In this document: positions 26,256-40,123 of the stretch, one piece after another
How the letters are laid out: every line of letters begins with the position of its first letter
Numbering within the stretch: the stretch's first letter is position 1
Assembly (NCBI RefSeq): GCF_009914755.1
Contig: NC_060926.1
Source of the DNA: the human T2T-CHM13v2.0 reference genome, Homo sapiens
Strand: one strand, 5' to 3'
DNA: 64,000 nucleotides
The notes under the pieces: model-generated
The model's input: the letters and a program-made list of their open reading frames with translations, nothing else
What the model was told of the DNA's origin: nothing
Database searches by the model: none
Translations under genes and position numbers: made by a program

Positions 26256-28065
26256 AATAGCATTTCTATAACTTCTTACTGAATAAATGAATAGAAGAAT
26301 AAATGAGAAATAGATTACTTTTATGACTAACTACAAATTAATTATTAGCTGCACATTTTTAACATTTCTAAGTCATTTCCTATGCCCTAATTCTTATATG
26401 GCATCCCATCTCATTAAAATTTTATCCCCCATTATTAAATTCCAATGAAATACTCTGTCCAAGTGATTTAAATCACTTTATAACTTATAAAATGGAAATA
26501 AGGTATTATTTTTGCTGTTGCTCAAATAGACCACTTAGGTCCTAGATTAACTTAGATCATCATCATCTTTGGAGACACCTGGTATTGTTTTTATACTTAA
26601 CCCATTACTATGGTATTCATTTAAAAAATGATAATGATAATCACATCCAATTAAGTCCCTTTTTCTCACCTCTAAGAGAATATAGGGTTTTTTTCCTTTA
26701 GAATTTTGATGTTGTACGATACTATAATACTCCACACTTTAATAAGGAATGAAAAAAAAGTAGAAGTGTTAATGATGGAACTTCAAAAGATATGGCTAAG
26801 TGTGGTTACCAAGTACACTGTTTATTCTGTTTGGATTTCAAAAAGAGCAAATCTACTATTGATTTTTTCTCACTTATGAAATGTAAACTACACTACCAAA
26901 GTTTTTCTCGAATATCGTTAAATAGCATAGTCTTAAAAACTATAAGGAAACTATTATTTGTGTTTTTTAAATTTTATTGTTGTTTGTTTCTTGTGAGCAT
27001 ATTTAAGTTGAAAGAAAAGTTTTCATCACTATCAGTTACCAAGATCTTTAGCCATTGCTGGCTTCTGGACACATTATACAATTAAGGGCCAATGCAGTTC
27101 CCTAATAGTTCTGATGTCATTGTCAAAAAAGTTCTAGAGAGTCAGTGGCGATAAATAAACTCTTGAAAGAAGAAACTCTTAAAAGAACACTCATGGGACA
27201 ATAACTGAGTCAAACCATCCTGTAAGAACAGTTAACAAAAATGAAAACATTTTTATAAAGTTGGAAAATGCATTGTTTTATAGTAGGCATCTTGCTTACA
27301 TAAAACAATTTAAAAAAAATAATTGATATATCTCATCTCATAATCTCAAAAGATAAACTATAAATAAAGGTTTGCTAATATATTTGAGGCTTGAAAATGA
27401 CTCAAACTAATGTTTGAAAAACTTGTGCTTAAAATAGTGTAACATGTAATCTGTATAAGATAATAAAAATTTATAAACAGAATGAGTCTAGCCTCTGTAA
27501 ATTAGCCCATGAGAAAAATTTTTCCCTCTAACTTCCAGAGTCAGTATCATGAGGACTTAGCCATCGTCCACAGAGTTGTTGATTATAGATCCCTGATGTA
27601 GAATACTCAGAAACTGAAATTTCTCAACTAATATTTAATTTTTTTTCTCTGCTTGATTCTTGATGTGCCTACCATTTTAGTGAACCATGGGTTCTCTCAG
27701 GCCACATTTCACATTTCCACCTAGACAAATTAGAGAAACATAATTTGGACAGATGGATATTATATACCACCGATCTCTTTTCAAAAGTAAATCCTCAAGT
27801 GACCATAAATTAACTATGCTATTATCTGGACAATTTCAAAGGCTCCTTCTTAGAACCCTGTAGTGGTATACAAATGTAAGAATTCATTTAAAAATTACAT
27901 TAAGCCAGTGTTTTTCAAACATAAAAATGATATTTCAGTGATTCTTACAGTGTATAATTACTGCAAGCAATTGCTGTACTACTTTCATCTACTATACAAA
28001 AGAATGCATTCTAATTAACAATATCCAACAATTGAGCTACAAGGCTATCAATGCCAATTTGTGGC

Positions 28066-28403
28066 TGTTATGGACTGAATGTGTCAAAATTTATATGTTG
28101 AAGCCTGTTGCTCAATGTGATATTTGTAGGTGGAGCCTTTAGGCAGTGATTAGGTCATGAAAGTAGAAATGGGCTTAGTGCCCTTGTAAGAAGAAACAGG
28201 TAACAGGTAGTCTCTCTAGGCCATATGAGAATATTGTTAGAAGGTGGATGTCTACAAGCAAGGAAGAGGGCTCTCACCAGACACCAAATCTGCTGGCGCC
28301 TTGATCTTAAACTTCCCAGCTTCTGAAACTGTAAGAAATAAATGTTTATTGTTTAAGCCACCAAGTCATTGGTGTTTTTGTTACAGCAACCCAAACTAAG
28401 GCA
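28066..28403 (+). mobile_element. MLT1A0-like MaLR solo LTR
   Basis: 'tgttatggactgaatgtgtc' to 'actaaggca'; internal 'ctcaccagacaccaaatctgctggcgccttgatctt'. Confidence 0.85.
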
Positions 28404-30120
28404 GCAGCCTATATTTAAAAGCAAAAACATGCATTTTCGATATGTATCGTGTGACATGATTTTTGCTGTCTCAGATCATTTCATAGGACCAAAGTGATCT
28501 CTCTGTCTGTCCCTCTCCCTCTCTCCCTCTCTCAGGAATTTGTATAATGTGGTATTAGGTGACCAATGGAATAAAACAAAATGTTGTAGGCTTTTTCTTT
28601 AGATTCACTGAAAAAGTTCCTCTGATAAAGTAACTCACTTTGGACACTGTGCCAGGACCCCAGCCCACTTCTTTTACAAATGGCTTATAAACACCAATGG
28701 AAACGTAAAACTGCTGACATTGGCAGCACTTCCAGGAATTATCTTAATTAAGACTTGCAGTACCAAGAAGGGTTAATATTATTTGAAAGTAAAAGCTTTC
28801 ATGCCAAGAGCAAGCCCACTCTGTGTGCACTGCTGGCTCAGCACTATAATTAAGAAAATTGCCTCTAGTGTGCTTGTTTGGTAATGCTGTTATCATCTTT
28901 TTTTCCCCTTTTAACAAGAGTAAACTACTTGGAGATGTCCCCATTTATTCTTCTTCCTTCCACTAACCCCTGATCTCACCAAGGCCATGCTAGGCTAGCA
29001 TTTAAATGACTAAATGAGCTACTTTATCATCTGGTTCACCCTGAAGTCTTTTACATATTTTTCTTGACCTCTAACCCACAGACTATTATTTTGACAGCTA
29101 TCATTAATGCTGTGTCCTGAGTAACCACACATTGACTATGATGGATGGTGAAAGAGCCGAGGAGTTGAAAGAAATGGACACCCACTTTCATCTTCCTCTT
29201 GATTAAATCGAAACCGTCCAAAGCTGTTGCACACAGAGCTTCCTGTGGCAGTGTTGGAACATATTAACTGAGATTTTAGTGGGATACCCCATTCAGAAAG
29301 AGAAAAAGAACCCAGCTATAAAACAAACCACATAAACTAAACATCAGAACTCTCTAAATTTGATAAATTATGACTATTCAAGTATGAAATTAGATGAATC
29401 AATATGTGGTTAGAATTTAAAAATTTCATAGTGTTCCTTTGAAGAGGAGCCTTGCTGGTAAGGTTAACAAAGAGAATTCCAGTGTCAAGAGACATAAGTT
29501 AAAATGACATAGTTACAAAGTCTTGTCATACATCTTTTAAGTGTAGGCTCCCATTTGAAAGGTCATGTTGACCTGCTGTGATCATTTACATGGAACACCA
29601 TGGTCTGTGGTTCCTCTATAATTGTGAAGTCATTACCAGCTTTGGACCCACACAGTTTAAATGCCTCCCTCCTCCAGGAAGTGACTACAACTAAATTTGA
29701 TGACTGAATTTACACTATAGGAAAGACACCTAGTGAACATGGCATTGATAGCATTCCAGAACCCGGTAAGCTTTGCAGTGATAGAGAAGTTGACCAGCAT
29801 GTCGAATCTTGATAATGTACAAATACATAGCAACAGCAGAGCCCAGAGTGCTAAGAATAAAATTAATGGGGAAGGATGTATGGTATTGATAAGAAACTGT
29901 AGTTAAAACTGGGGTAATAACTTTTATTCAGAAATGTTGTCATGCCATAAAGCAAATCAAGAATAATTATCTTGGGTTTGGGAGACAGGATAGAAGAATA
30001 AAATACCATATTCCATATTCAGGAAATGAGTCCTTCTGAATAGAAAAAGTATGGGACCAACTGCTCCTAAATGTATTTCTTTTTCTAACATTGTTAAGAT
30101 TCCATTAAGACTCCATTCTC

Positions 30121-30803
30121 TGGCTACTATTAAAGTCGAAAATAAGAGATGCTGGCAAGGTTGTGGAGAAAAAGGATATACACTGTTGGTGGGAGTGTAA
30201 ATTAGTTCAGCCACTGTAGAAGACAATGTGGTGATTCCTCAAAGACCTAAAGACAGAAATACCATTCAACCCAACAATCCCATTACTGGGTATATATCCA
30301 AAGGAGTTTAAATCATCCAATTATGAAGACATATACATGCATATGTTCACTGCAGCACTATACTCAACAGCAAAGCCATGGAATCAACCTAAACGCCCAT
30401 CAGTGATAGACTGGATAAAGAAAATGTGGTACATTTACACCATGGAGTACTATGCAGCCATGAAAAAGAATGAGATCATGTCCTTTGCAAGGACATGGAT
30501 GGAGCTGGAGGCCATTATTCTTAGCAAACTAACACAGGTACAGAAAACCAAATACTACATATTCTCACTTATAAGTGGGACTAAATGACGAAAACACTTG
30601 AACACAGAAGGGAATAGCACACACTGAGGCTTATCAGAGGGTGGAGGGTGAGAGGAGGGAGAGGATCAGGAAAAATAGCTAATGGATACTAGGCTTAATA
30701 CTTGGGTGACGAAATAATCTGTACCACAAACTCCCATGACACAAGTTTACCTATGTAGCAAACCTGGACTTGTACCTGTGAATTTAAAATAAAAATTAAA
30801 ATA
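30121..30803 (+). mobile_element. 5'-truncated L1PA13-15-type 3' end
   Basis: ORF2 C-terminus (30337-30588, WIKKMWYIYTMEYY), 3' UTR 'aggcttaatacttgggtgacgaaataatctgtac', perfect TSD aagactccattctc at 30107-30120 and 30804-30817. Confidence 0.9.
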
Positions 30804-30896
30804 AAGACTCCATTCTCCATTGTTAACAATTAACACTGTCAATTGTAAATATTGCAATATAGATGTTTCCCAGTTCTTCTCCCCCTAATTCAAATG

Positions 30897-30941
30897 CAGA
30901 CATGAAATGAAAATTTATCAGACATGAAATGAAAATTTATC
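30897..30941 (+). repeat. Perfect 22-bp tandem duplication
   Basis: cagacatgaaatgaaaatttat occurs twice in a row. Confidence 0.95.
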
Positions 30942-31347
30942 TACAGATGATTGTAGAATCACTGTCAATGAAGTTCTTTCAAATTTTGTAGATAAGAATT
31001 CATCCATAATGGCCCAGTTATATTTCTTAAAATCTTGAAAAGTTGATGAAATCAGCTCTTGAAATAATATGTAATATAATCTATGCTTCTATTTACTGAT
31101 TCTAAGGGGAGAATTATTAAGCATAAAAGTCTCAAGAATAACTCCTCCCTGATTTTGAGAGTCAATGATGATAATTCAGATGAGAGGCATTATTTTATTA
31201 TAGCCACACATTTTTCTGTTCTTGACACTAGCCTCTCATATGTGTTAAATCTCTCAACCAGTAAAATTTTACACCAATGGACACTCTCCATATTCCAAAT
31301 TCTAGATAGCTACTATAGTGTATCATTTTTAAAAATCTCTTCAAAGG

Positions 31348-31650
31348 GGCTGGGTGCAGTGGCTCACACCTGTAATTCCCAATGCTTTGGGAGGCCAAGA
31401 CAGGAGGATCACCTGAGGCCAGGAGTTTGAGACTAGCCTGGACAACATATGGAGAAACCCAAATCTACAAAAAAATCATAAATTAGCTGGGTGTGCTGGC
31501 ATGCACCTGTCATCCCAGCTACTTGGGAGGCTGAGGATGGAGGATCACTTGAGCCTGGGAGGTGGACACTGCAGTGAACCGTGAATGTGCCACTGCACTT
31601 CAGCATGGGTGACAAAGTGAGAGCTTGTCTCAAGAAGAAAAAAAAAAAAA
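31348..31650 (+). mobile_element. AluJ
   Basis: Dimeric Alu with J-type 'ggaggatcacttgagcctgggagg', A tail and a degenerate TSD (aaaaatctcttca / aaaaccctcttca). Confidence 0.9.
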
Positions 31651-32322
31651 AACCCTCTTCAGGGTTCCTGCTTTTATAAGAAAAAAAAGAGTGTTTTTGA
31701 CTCCTCCTTGTTAGGTGAAAATGTGGAAAAATAAGTAAGCCTAGTTTATTTTCCAGAGGCTGCTAAGTTAAGTTCAAGCAACATACAAAAGTTCAACTTT
31801 TGGCTTTGTGTAACTACAATCCACTCACTGATTCTCTTCTAAACATTGACTCAAACAAGTAACATTTATTGAGCACTCAGATATGTTATCACTGTAGATG
31901 TAAGAGAAAAAACAAGCCCTTAGAAAAGACCACGAAGAAAAGGAAGTCTACTCATACATATATTTTGTGCACTTTAGAAGACCTTTCTCTAGGCTAATAA
32001 GAAGAAAAGATAAACTGACAAAAATATTGGAGTAAACTTTCAGCATATGAATCTCTTGGAAATAGTACAGGAAGACCAGGGAAAGCAAAGACTTAAACAC
32101 AAGAAAAAAATTATTTTTTAAAAGAAAAGTAATATCCAGATTGAAATAACTCTCTTCAACTTTGCAGTTTCTTTCAAAATACTCAAATAGGATTTATGGA
32201 AAAATGTTTATAAGAACTAAGACTATTTTGCTGAAAAGCAGCATAATGATGATGTGTTTTTAAAAGCCAGACTAACTAAAACATTTTTAAACACTACAGA
32301 GGGCAAAAAAATAGATTTTGTC

Positions 32323-33099
32323 TCTATTTGTTTGCTAGGGCTGCATAAAGTACCACACACTGAGTGGCTTTAATGACATAAATTTATTTTTCGATAGTCT
32401 GCAGGCTGGAAGTATATCACTATGAGGTGGACATTATCAAGGTGTGAGCAGGGTTGGTTTCTTCTAAGCTCTCTCCCCTTGACTTGTAGCTGGCCATATT
32501 CCTCTGGTATCTTCACATGGTCTTCCCTCTGTGTGTATCTGTGTCGTCTTCACATGCTCTTTCCTCTGTGTGTATCTGTGTCTTAATCTCCTCTTTTTTT
32601 TTTTTTTTTTTTGGTTTTTTTGTTGTTGCTTATTTTTTTGAGACAGAGTCTCACTCTATCACCCACGCTGGACTGCAGTGGCATGATCTCGGCTCACTGC
32701 AACCTCACCTCCCGGGTTCAAGCAATTCTCCTGCCTCAGCTTCCCAAGTAGCTGGGATTACAGGTACCCACCACCATGCGCATCTAATTTTTGTATTTTT
32801 TGTAGAGACAGGGTTTTGCTGTGTTGGTCAGGCTGGTCTCAAACTCCTAACCTCAGGTGATCCACCCACCTTGGCCCAAAGTGCTAGGATTACAGGCGTG
32901 AGCCACCATGCCCAGCCCCTAATCTCCTCTTTTTATAAGGATACCAATCATATAGGATTAGGGCCTATATTAATGACTTCTTTTAACATTAATTACCTTC
33001 TTACAGATCCTATCTCTAAATACAGTCACATTCTGAGGCACCAAGAGTTAGGATTTCAACATGTGAATTTGGACAGGTGGCACAATTCAGCCCATAACA
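32323..33099 (-). mobile_element. MLT1B-like MaLR solo LTR, split by an Alu and carrying a 37-bp internal duplication
   Basis: 'tttgctagggctgcataaagtaccacacactg' to 'cacaattcagcccataaca'. Confidence 0.85.
32598..32917 (-). mobile_element. AluS (Sx-like) inserted in MLT1B
   Basis: Antisense Alu; TSD c(t/c)taatctcctctttt at 32582-32597 and 32918-32933. Confidence 0.92.
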
Positions 33100-33374
33100 G
33101 GGTCTAAGCTGTGGCATGAGTTTTGGGGTTACAAGTGTTAGAAACATATTTAACTATTAAGTAAGAACAACTTCATAAGTACAGAGTGATTCAACTTTAA
33201 GACAATAAAAAGTCTGCTTTCAGTAACTTATTATTTTGTAATTTAACCTCTGTTCACTTTAATTCAAAACAATGTGCTTCCAATAAAAGAATCAGATTCC
33301 TTTTTACTCATCTTTCACGAAATGCTTCTGAGCACAATGGTAACCTGAGACTTTCATTGAAATTCTTGTCTTCT

Positions 33375-33615
33375 TCATCATCATCATCAAGCTAACATTT
33401 ATGAAGCACTTCGTGTCAGATATTGTACTATGCACCTACGAGTACTGTCTTGCTTAATTCTTATGCTAATGTGATGAGTGGAGTACAATTACTCTTCCTT
33501 ATCATAAATGAGAAAACTGAGATGGAGAGAGTTAAATTAGTTCATGAAGACATAAGACGGGTAAATGCTAGGGGTTAATTAGTGCTTGTTTATGTCTGAG
33601 TCTGGAATCTCACTT
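33375..33615 (-). mobile_element. MIR
   Basis: 'gctaacatttatgaagcactt...ataaatgagaaaactgagatggagagagttaaattag'. Confidence 0.8.
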
Positions 33616-34114
33616 CTCGCACCTGATGTGATAGACCTAGAAAGGAAAACCTACATCAGCAATAAACTCTAGAGATACTGGTACACACAGCAGGAACTTC
33701 CGAGAATGTCTGTGATTCAGAGACCACATTGAAGTAAATCCTGTTCTGACCCCTTTGTGAAGGAGCTTGTGGCCCAGGAAAGATAAGGAAGAGCTCCAGG
33801 CAGAACATCCCCAATGTTTCCTGGAATAAGGAGAGCTGGAGGCAAAGGGTAGGACCAGCAGCAAGAGGGGAGTTTGCCATAAGGCTAACTCCCAGCCCAC
33901 CTCACTCTCATCTCTGATGGCCAAAGGGTAAGCAAGAAAGAAAAGAATGCAAGAAAAAAGCTTTTTTTAAAAGAGGATGCAAACAAGAGGATGATATAGA
34001 AGACTAAACTTATAAAATACTAAAATCATTGTGTGTGGTTTAAAGTCCCCAAAGATTCTAAGTTGGCATTTAAAAAATAAAATCCAAATTTGGACATTTG
34101 GAAGTGAAAAAAAA

Positions 34115-34480
34115 AATGGTGCCAACCTAAATGCCCAAAAAAGGAAACTGCTTTTTTAGAAAGGATAGCATGTTCAATAGAACAAGCAGCCATTTACAGT
34201 TATGATCATAAAATTACTTATAAATATTGAAATTCTTCAAGGTAAAATTTTTCATGTGAAGTATTGGTTATAAAAGATTTTGATACTATAGGATACTGTT
34301 TGTAAATACAATGTGTGTGTGTATACATAGATATATAGATATAGATATAGATATGTACACATACCCTGAGAAGTACTGTTTCTTGGAATGGTATTGAGAG
34401 TAACCTTTGTTTTTATTTTAATGCTTTACTAATTTTCTATAAAAATACATATTTTATAATAAAAATAACATTATTTTCAA
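34115..34480 (+). mobile_element. Old L1ME-type 3' fragment with an (ATATAG)n tract
   Basis: 'caacctaaatgccca', 'gcagccatt' and an L1M-like terminal region; highly degenerate. Confidence 0.45.
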
Positions 34481-34794
34481 AAAAAGAAGAGGAGAAAATT
34501 TAAGTCAGTTTCCAGCAAAAAGGCATATTAAGAACTAGATGAAGAAACTTGCCCCAGAATAAGAGAAGCACACTACTGCGCTAAAAGGTTATGACTAGCT
34601 GTTCAAGGAAATGAAAATGAAGCAGGCAGAAGCCCAATGCTTCTGGGGCTCCAGAGAAAGCAGAGGAGGTTAATCCAGGCTGTTATGAACCTTAGTAAGT
34701 AAGTAGTGAGTCCTATTAATATGGTGCTTGAAAGTTTAGGGATTTATTCAGATCTCAGATAGACCTGATTGAAAAAGGCCTCTAATCTAAACCA

Positions 34795-34965
34795 AACACT
34801 CAACTCTTGGCAGGGCAAAATCAACTGGGGAGCTCTATAAAAATACTGATTCCCTTAACCTATCTCAGGCCATTAAATCAGATCATCTGGGGTGGAAACC
34901 AAGCAGTGTATTTTTTAAAGATATACAGGTGAATCTAACATGCGACCAGGATCAAGGACAGCAAC
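34795..34965. mobile_element. MER5-type hAT-Charlie MITE
   Basis: 'aatcaactggggagct...aaaaatactgat...attaaatcaga...tctggggtgg...caggtgaatctaacatgc'. Confidence 0.7.
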
Positions 34966-37814
34966 TAATCTAACTCTGAACAATCATCTATTTAAATAAA
35001 GGGAGTACAAGTACTTTCATCCTTGACATCTTCTTGCTTGAGAATTGTCTACTGAGAATGTTAAATACATAAGTTTTAGTGTGAATTATTTCATGAGAAG
35101 AAATATTTACTTTCTTTTACTAGAAGCAGCATACTCCCATTCAATGCCATCATCAAACACTTACAGCCATAGGAGAACTAAGTGAAATGCAGGTGCCATT
35201 CAGAGGTGATTACAAGAAAGAAAGAAATAAACCTCAGAGGGAATTTCTTCCTGTTCTCACCCAGATTTGTGCCTTCTGTCCTCTCCAAGCTCCTACCAAT
35301 CTATTGACTTGTGTCCTTGTGTGTCACATTCTCCCTCTTGGCCCTTGCTCATGCATGGAGTGTACCTTCTCTATCTTTTTACCATCAGCATCTGGCATAC
35401 CGTAGGAGCTTAACAAAGGTTTGTTGATTGGATAAAAAGATGAAGTGCTAGGCATTATTTTTTCTCTTACATTCCTTTCAGTTCTAAGCCTCTATAATAC
35501 TATGGTAATGCTTCCTGATATTCCAAATGTCCTCATTTTCCCTCTACACTTTAATATTGTTGCTTGGTAACAACCAACTTTCATTATAAAAGGTTGTAAG
35601 CAATTCTGGAATACCTTACAATATTGTCATCATATAGATAATGAGTTTTAAAGGTTACCAATAGCATTTAGCAGTGCACATAGTAAGCTATGTTGTTATT
35701 TATTTGCTTCAAAATCCCTTTGACTTAATGAGTATCAAGTTATTTACGCATGTCGAACTAGACTGGGGGTAAGAATAATTGGGGTAAACAAATTTAACAT
35801 GTTTAGGTAGGTGACCTATAGACCTATGGTCCAGACTTCCTCAACTAAAGATAAAAATTCTGGAGCTATATGGCTTAGTTATAGACAAATACAATGTGTT
35901 CTGGGATGTGCCAACTGGGGAGTGAATTGGTTTACACTAGGGGTCAACTGTCAGAAACTTCAAGAGTGAGGAAGGACATGTTGTCCCAGAAAACATGTAT
36001 AATCTTTATTTATATACACTATGCAGTGCTGATTTAATATACTGCATATTAGAAGGATCAGGCACTGTGACTTTTTTAACCCATAATAATTGTAATTAAT
36101 AATTGCAAGGAAGAAGATGTGAAATAGATTTTAAAAGATTGGACTGCCTGCCCAAACAGGGTATTTTGGCACACAAAATATTTGTCAGAATATTTTATGC
36201 TTGTGCTATTGCAAATAATTCAGATTTTATTTGTTGAAGAGCTGTTATGAGAGTTAAAAAAATGAATATGAGTGTATTTCACATACTGATTCTTTTCCTT
36301 TAATCAATTCCTTTTTTCACTTTGGGGGTCTTGATGCAAACAGGTTAAACAGAGTTAAGATCTTAAAACTTAAAATCAAAACACAATACTATATAATCTT
36401 TGTTTTGGCTTCTCCACCAAGCAACTCAAATTATATTGTTAATGCCATTGCTGATATTGAATAACAGTAAAAACTTTATTACAGCTTGTATATCAATTGA
36501 GAGTAAAGACCCAATGTAGTCATATTTCAGAAGATGTTATCATTTGCATTAGTCTGTGTATCTGCCTTTCTCTAGTAATAGCAAGTTTCAAACATTCTTC
36601 ATTAAAATCATTAATTTTTATTTGGTGATTTGCTATTATTTGTTGAAAGGTAATGAGGACCACTCACACTGTGGAACTGTCATATGTATTATTCTGTATT
36701 CAGAAAACTGCTTGCTGCATACTATGATGCTGGAGATTTCACTGCAAACATGTTAAAAGTCACTACAAAGATTTTTAAATGCTCCCTGTATACACAGTTG
36801 AATATATGTGTTTGAGTGAATATTTACTCCTGGAAATTAAGGGTAAAAGTTCACCAAGTAATTTCAGAAAGATTAACATACTTCAAATCAAGCAAATCTT
36901 GAGAAGCCAAATCAAGCAAAACTGAGACCCAATGAACAGAAAGGAATGGATTGTTGATACTTATACAATAGTTCAAATATATATTCTCCTTATATCTGAA
37001 TATTACCTTTTGTACCTTCCCAATGCTAAAGTTCAGAAACCTTTTGTTAAAATAAAAATGTAACAAATCAGAAATGAAAAAAGAAGGCTTAATGTTTGAA
37101 GTTACTAACTTTTAGCTATGAGTGGAAAAAATAAACCAAATATATACATATATTTGGGACCTTACCTACATATTTATTGGGACCTTACTTGGGTTTTGAG
37201 ACCTTCCTTAGACCAAGACTCTAAGAACCCAAACCTACGTGAAGAAAATTTGGTAATATTTTTATTTAGCTAGACTGTATTACATTTTCTTTTAACCACT
37301 AACTTGAGAACAAATTGGAAAGTGCATGGTTTTGGTTGTCACATACTATAAGTTGTTTTTTCCAATGTTTTATTAGGAAACATTTCAAAAATACAGAAAA
37401 GGTAAAATAATTTTACCATGAATACCCTAAATAGCAGTGATTTTAAAAGATGTGAACTGGTCCATCTATATCTTTTATGAAATAAATGTCATTGGTATAA
37501 AAAGCTACATGTTCGCACACAAATTTAATTATACCTGGAAACTGGGCATACAGCTGACAAAAATGACAAGGAGTTTAAACTAAGAGAGGATGGAGAGCAA
37601 CTTATTAGCAACATATAGTTTAACTATAAGCAGCTCTATATTATTGGTGGTAGAATGATTCAAATAAAATTTAAGATACCATTCAGCTGAAACCAGCCAT
37701 CACTGAGGTATTGAAGAAAAGGAAACAATAACACTTTTAGATCTCATCAAATTGTGGTAAAATGTGTATAGGACAGTGCCAATTGATTTAGCTGCAAGTT
37801 ACTGTTTTAATGCA

Positions 37815-38248
37815 TTGTTTGCAAAGTGTGGGAGGTATACTACTAGCGGTGTTGGTTTCAATGCTAAATAACATAAAGTTATAATGTTATAATTATCTTT
37901 CAACCCTTCTGATTTCTCAAGGAGAAAGCATTCATTTAATACCAGTATATACTGAAGGCCTCTCCAACCATCTGAATGTCTATTTTTATGATTTATCCTT
38001 TAATAGGAATAGTATCTATCTACAATTAATAACAATGATTTTATTTTTTAATTACCTTCTACTTATGGTTTTAAACATGGTTTTAATTTATAGTTGTGAT
38101 ATAAAATTTCCCTTATGTAAATTTATTGAAGTGAAAAGTGAGTTTATTTGAAGAAAAATTAGGCAAATAATGATACAGGTATAACAGACTCTCATAGGCA
38201 GAATTTATAAAGGTAGCCATCAGATGTCTGAAGTAAGAGAAATATTAT
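37815..38248. mobile_element. Possible hAT-type DNA transposon relic
   Basis: Degenerate TIR-like ends 'cattgtttgcaaagtgtgg' and 'ctgaagtaagagaaatatt' around an AT-rich interior. Confidence 0.35.
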
Positions 38249-39061
38249 TTCAATGGCTGCTAGTAGACAATATTTTGAAAGAACCACTCACAACATATTC
38301 TAAATGATAAAATTCCTCCAAATATGTAGTAACTACCCTTCTCTACTAACTTAAGAGCTGATTTCTGGGCTTCTCTTGCCTAAAACTTGAACATGCTCCC
38401 ACAGATTTTGTTCATGAATAAAAAACTCTAAAACTGACCGACCAAGAGTCTCATTTCCTTGAGAACCTTCAAACTATTGAAAAGATTATATTTATTTACC
38501 AAGAAGGGTGGAGCAAAGCATTTTAATTCCTTCCCTAACTCAATGCAAATATGTAATTTGAAAATCTTTTTTATAATAAATTACTAACATCACAAATAAA
38601 GTGATTTCTAAGCCATAAAACAGCAGGTGGATAAAAATAGGTTGTGATTGCTTAGAATATGAAGGTAGTGATGTATCATGGAAAGTCTTAAATTATTGGC
38701 ACTAGACTCCCTGCAAACCATGAGGGTAAATTTCATCATCTATCATCAGCCACAATAGTCTTCTATAGCAAACGTAGAGTCTAGGAGAGGTTACTGGAGT
38801 CATCATATTCTACAGTATCAACCATTTGGAGGCAGATTTCCTCAGTGAATGTGTTGAACAAAAGAAAGATTAAATTCAATCACATGAGTTTTGAATGTTC
38901 ATTTTATTTCAGCATTTTTATACAGTTTAAATAAGTCATATTTCCTATCTCCCCCTTCCCTTCCGCTTTCATAATCTTGGGGTTGGGGGGACAGGGTGCT
39001 TAGCAGGAGTCAAAAATGAATCTAATCCCATTTGATAGAATAACGCCATTGCTAAATAGAT

Positions 39062-39093
39062 ACACACACACACACACACACACATACACACAC
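39062..39093 (+). repeat. (CA)n microsatellite
   Basis: Read directly; one interruption. Confidence 0.95.
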
Positions 39094-40123
39094 ATCACAT
39101 GAGAGAAAATAAATTTTCCAAAATTCAGTTGTTTTTGTAATTCAATTATTACAATGTTCTGTTATTTTCTCTTACTAAGCTCTGATTTAAAAAAAATAGA
39201 TTTCCATGTGAGATTTCAAATCATTTCAAATGGAGTTTCCTTTTATACATTTTATTATAGGTTTTGAATATTTACAAATATCACAGCAGTTGTGCTAGAA
39301 TAACTGAAGCTCATCTTCTTCTTCTGGGCCTCTTCTTATGGAGAGAATATTTGAAGTTAATCACAAGTAACTCATAGTTAGAGACAGAAACTAGGATCAC
39401 ACTCTCCTTTTTATACATTTCACTACAGCCAGCAGCCCCTAGGATCAAAATAAAGTCAGATTTTCTAACCCATATATGGAAACATTTATTTTTTAATGCT
39501 TCTAATAATTTTTAGTGTTTTATGTTTAATTTAAAGTTTAATTTTCAATATACTTCCTCATCCAGCCAGGATCCTATTAACCATATTAAACCCTAGTGCC
39601 ATGACATGGATGCTAGTGGACCATGGCTAATGAACCAGAGTTTAAGCAGCCCTAAAATTGCTTGACTCAACATAGACTGAAACTCTGTAACAGAAAGGAA
39701 TATGAGACCATAATAGAGAGATATAAATAATTGAGGAAAATCTGGAACCAAGAGATAAAGAATTATTGTACGTTGACTGTAATTTTGGTTCTACTTGTGA
39801 CTGGAGATGTAGAACTCAATTATGATGGTAGCCTTGTAGACCAGAAGTTATTTTTAGCTGGACAAAGAAGAGCTTCAAACAAAATGTTTTAGGCTTCTAG
39901 TGAATTGTTTAAATTCATATTATTCATTATAATCCATATGAAAATTATCTACACTAAGCAGGACATGAGATCTGTGAGAATCAGCAGACTATTTCTCCAG
40001 TTGGAGGTGTTGGATTAGGGACTCGTATTCCATCCAGTTCAATTTGATGAATACAGGAAGGAAGCCTAACTTAATATTGAATAGAACAAATCTTCTCCTC
40101 AAACTCCATGTCTATGTGATGTG

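Noticed and set aside
19128-30941. Two 22-bp direct repeats as a CRISPR-like or programmed repeat system
   Set aside because: The units are unrelated, have only two copies each, lack spacers and lie in eukaryotic DNA. They are simple tandem duplications.
32517-33107. 196-aa ORF
   Set aside because: Chance read-through of an antisense Alu and MLT1B, giving a typical Alu-derived peptide.
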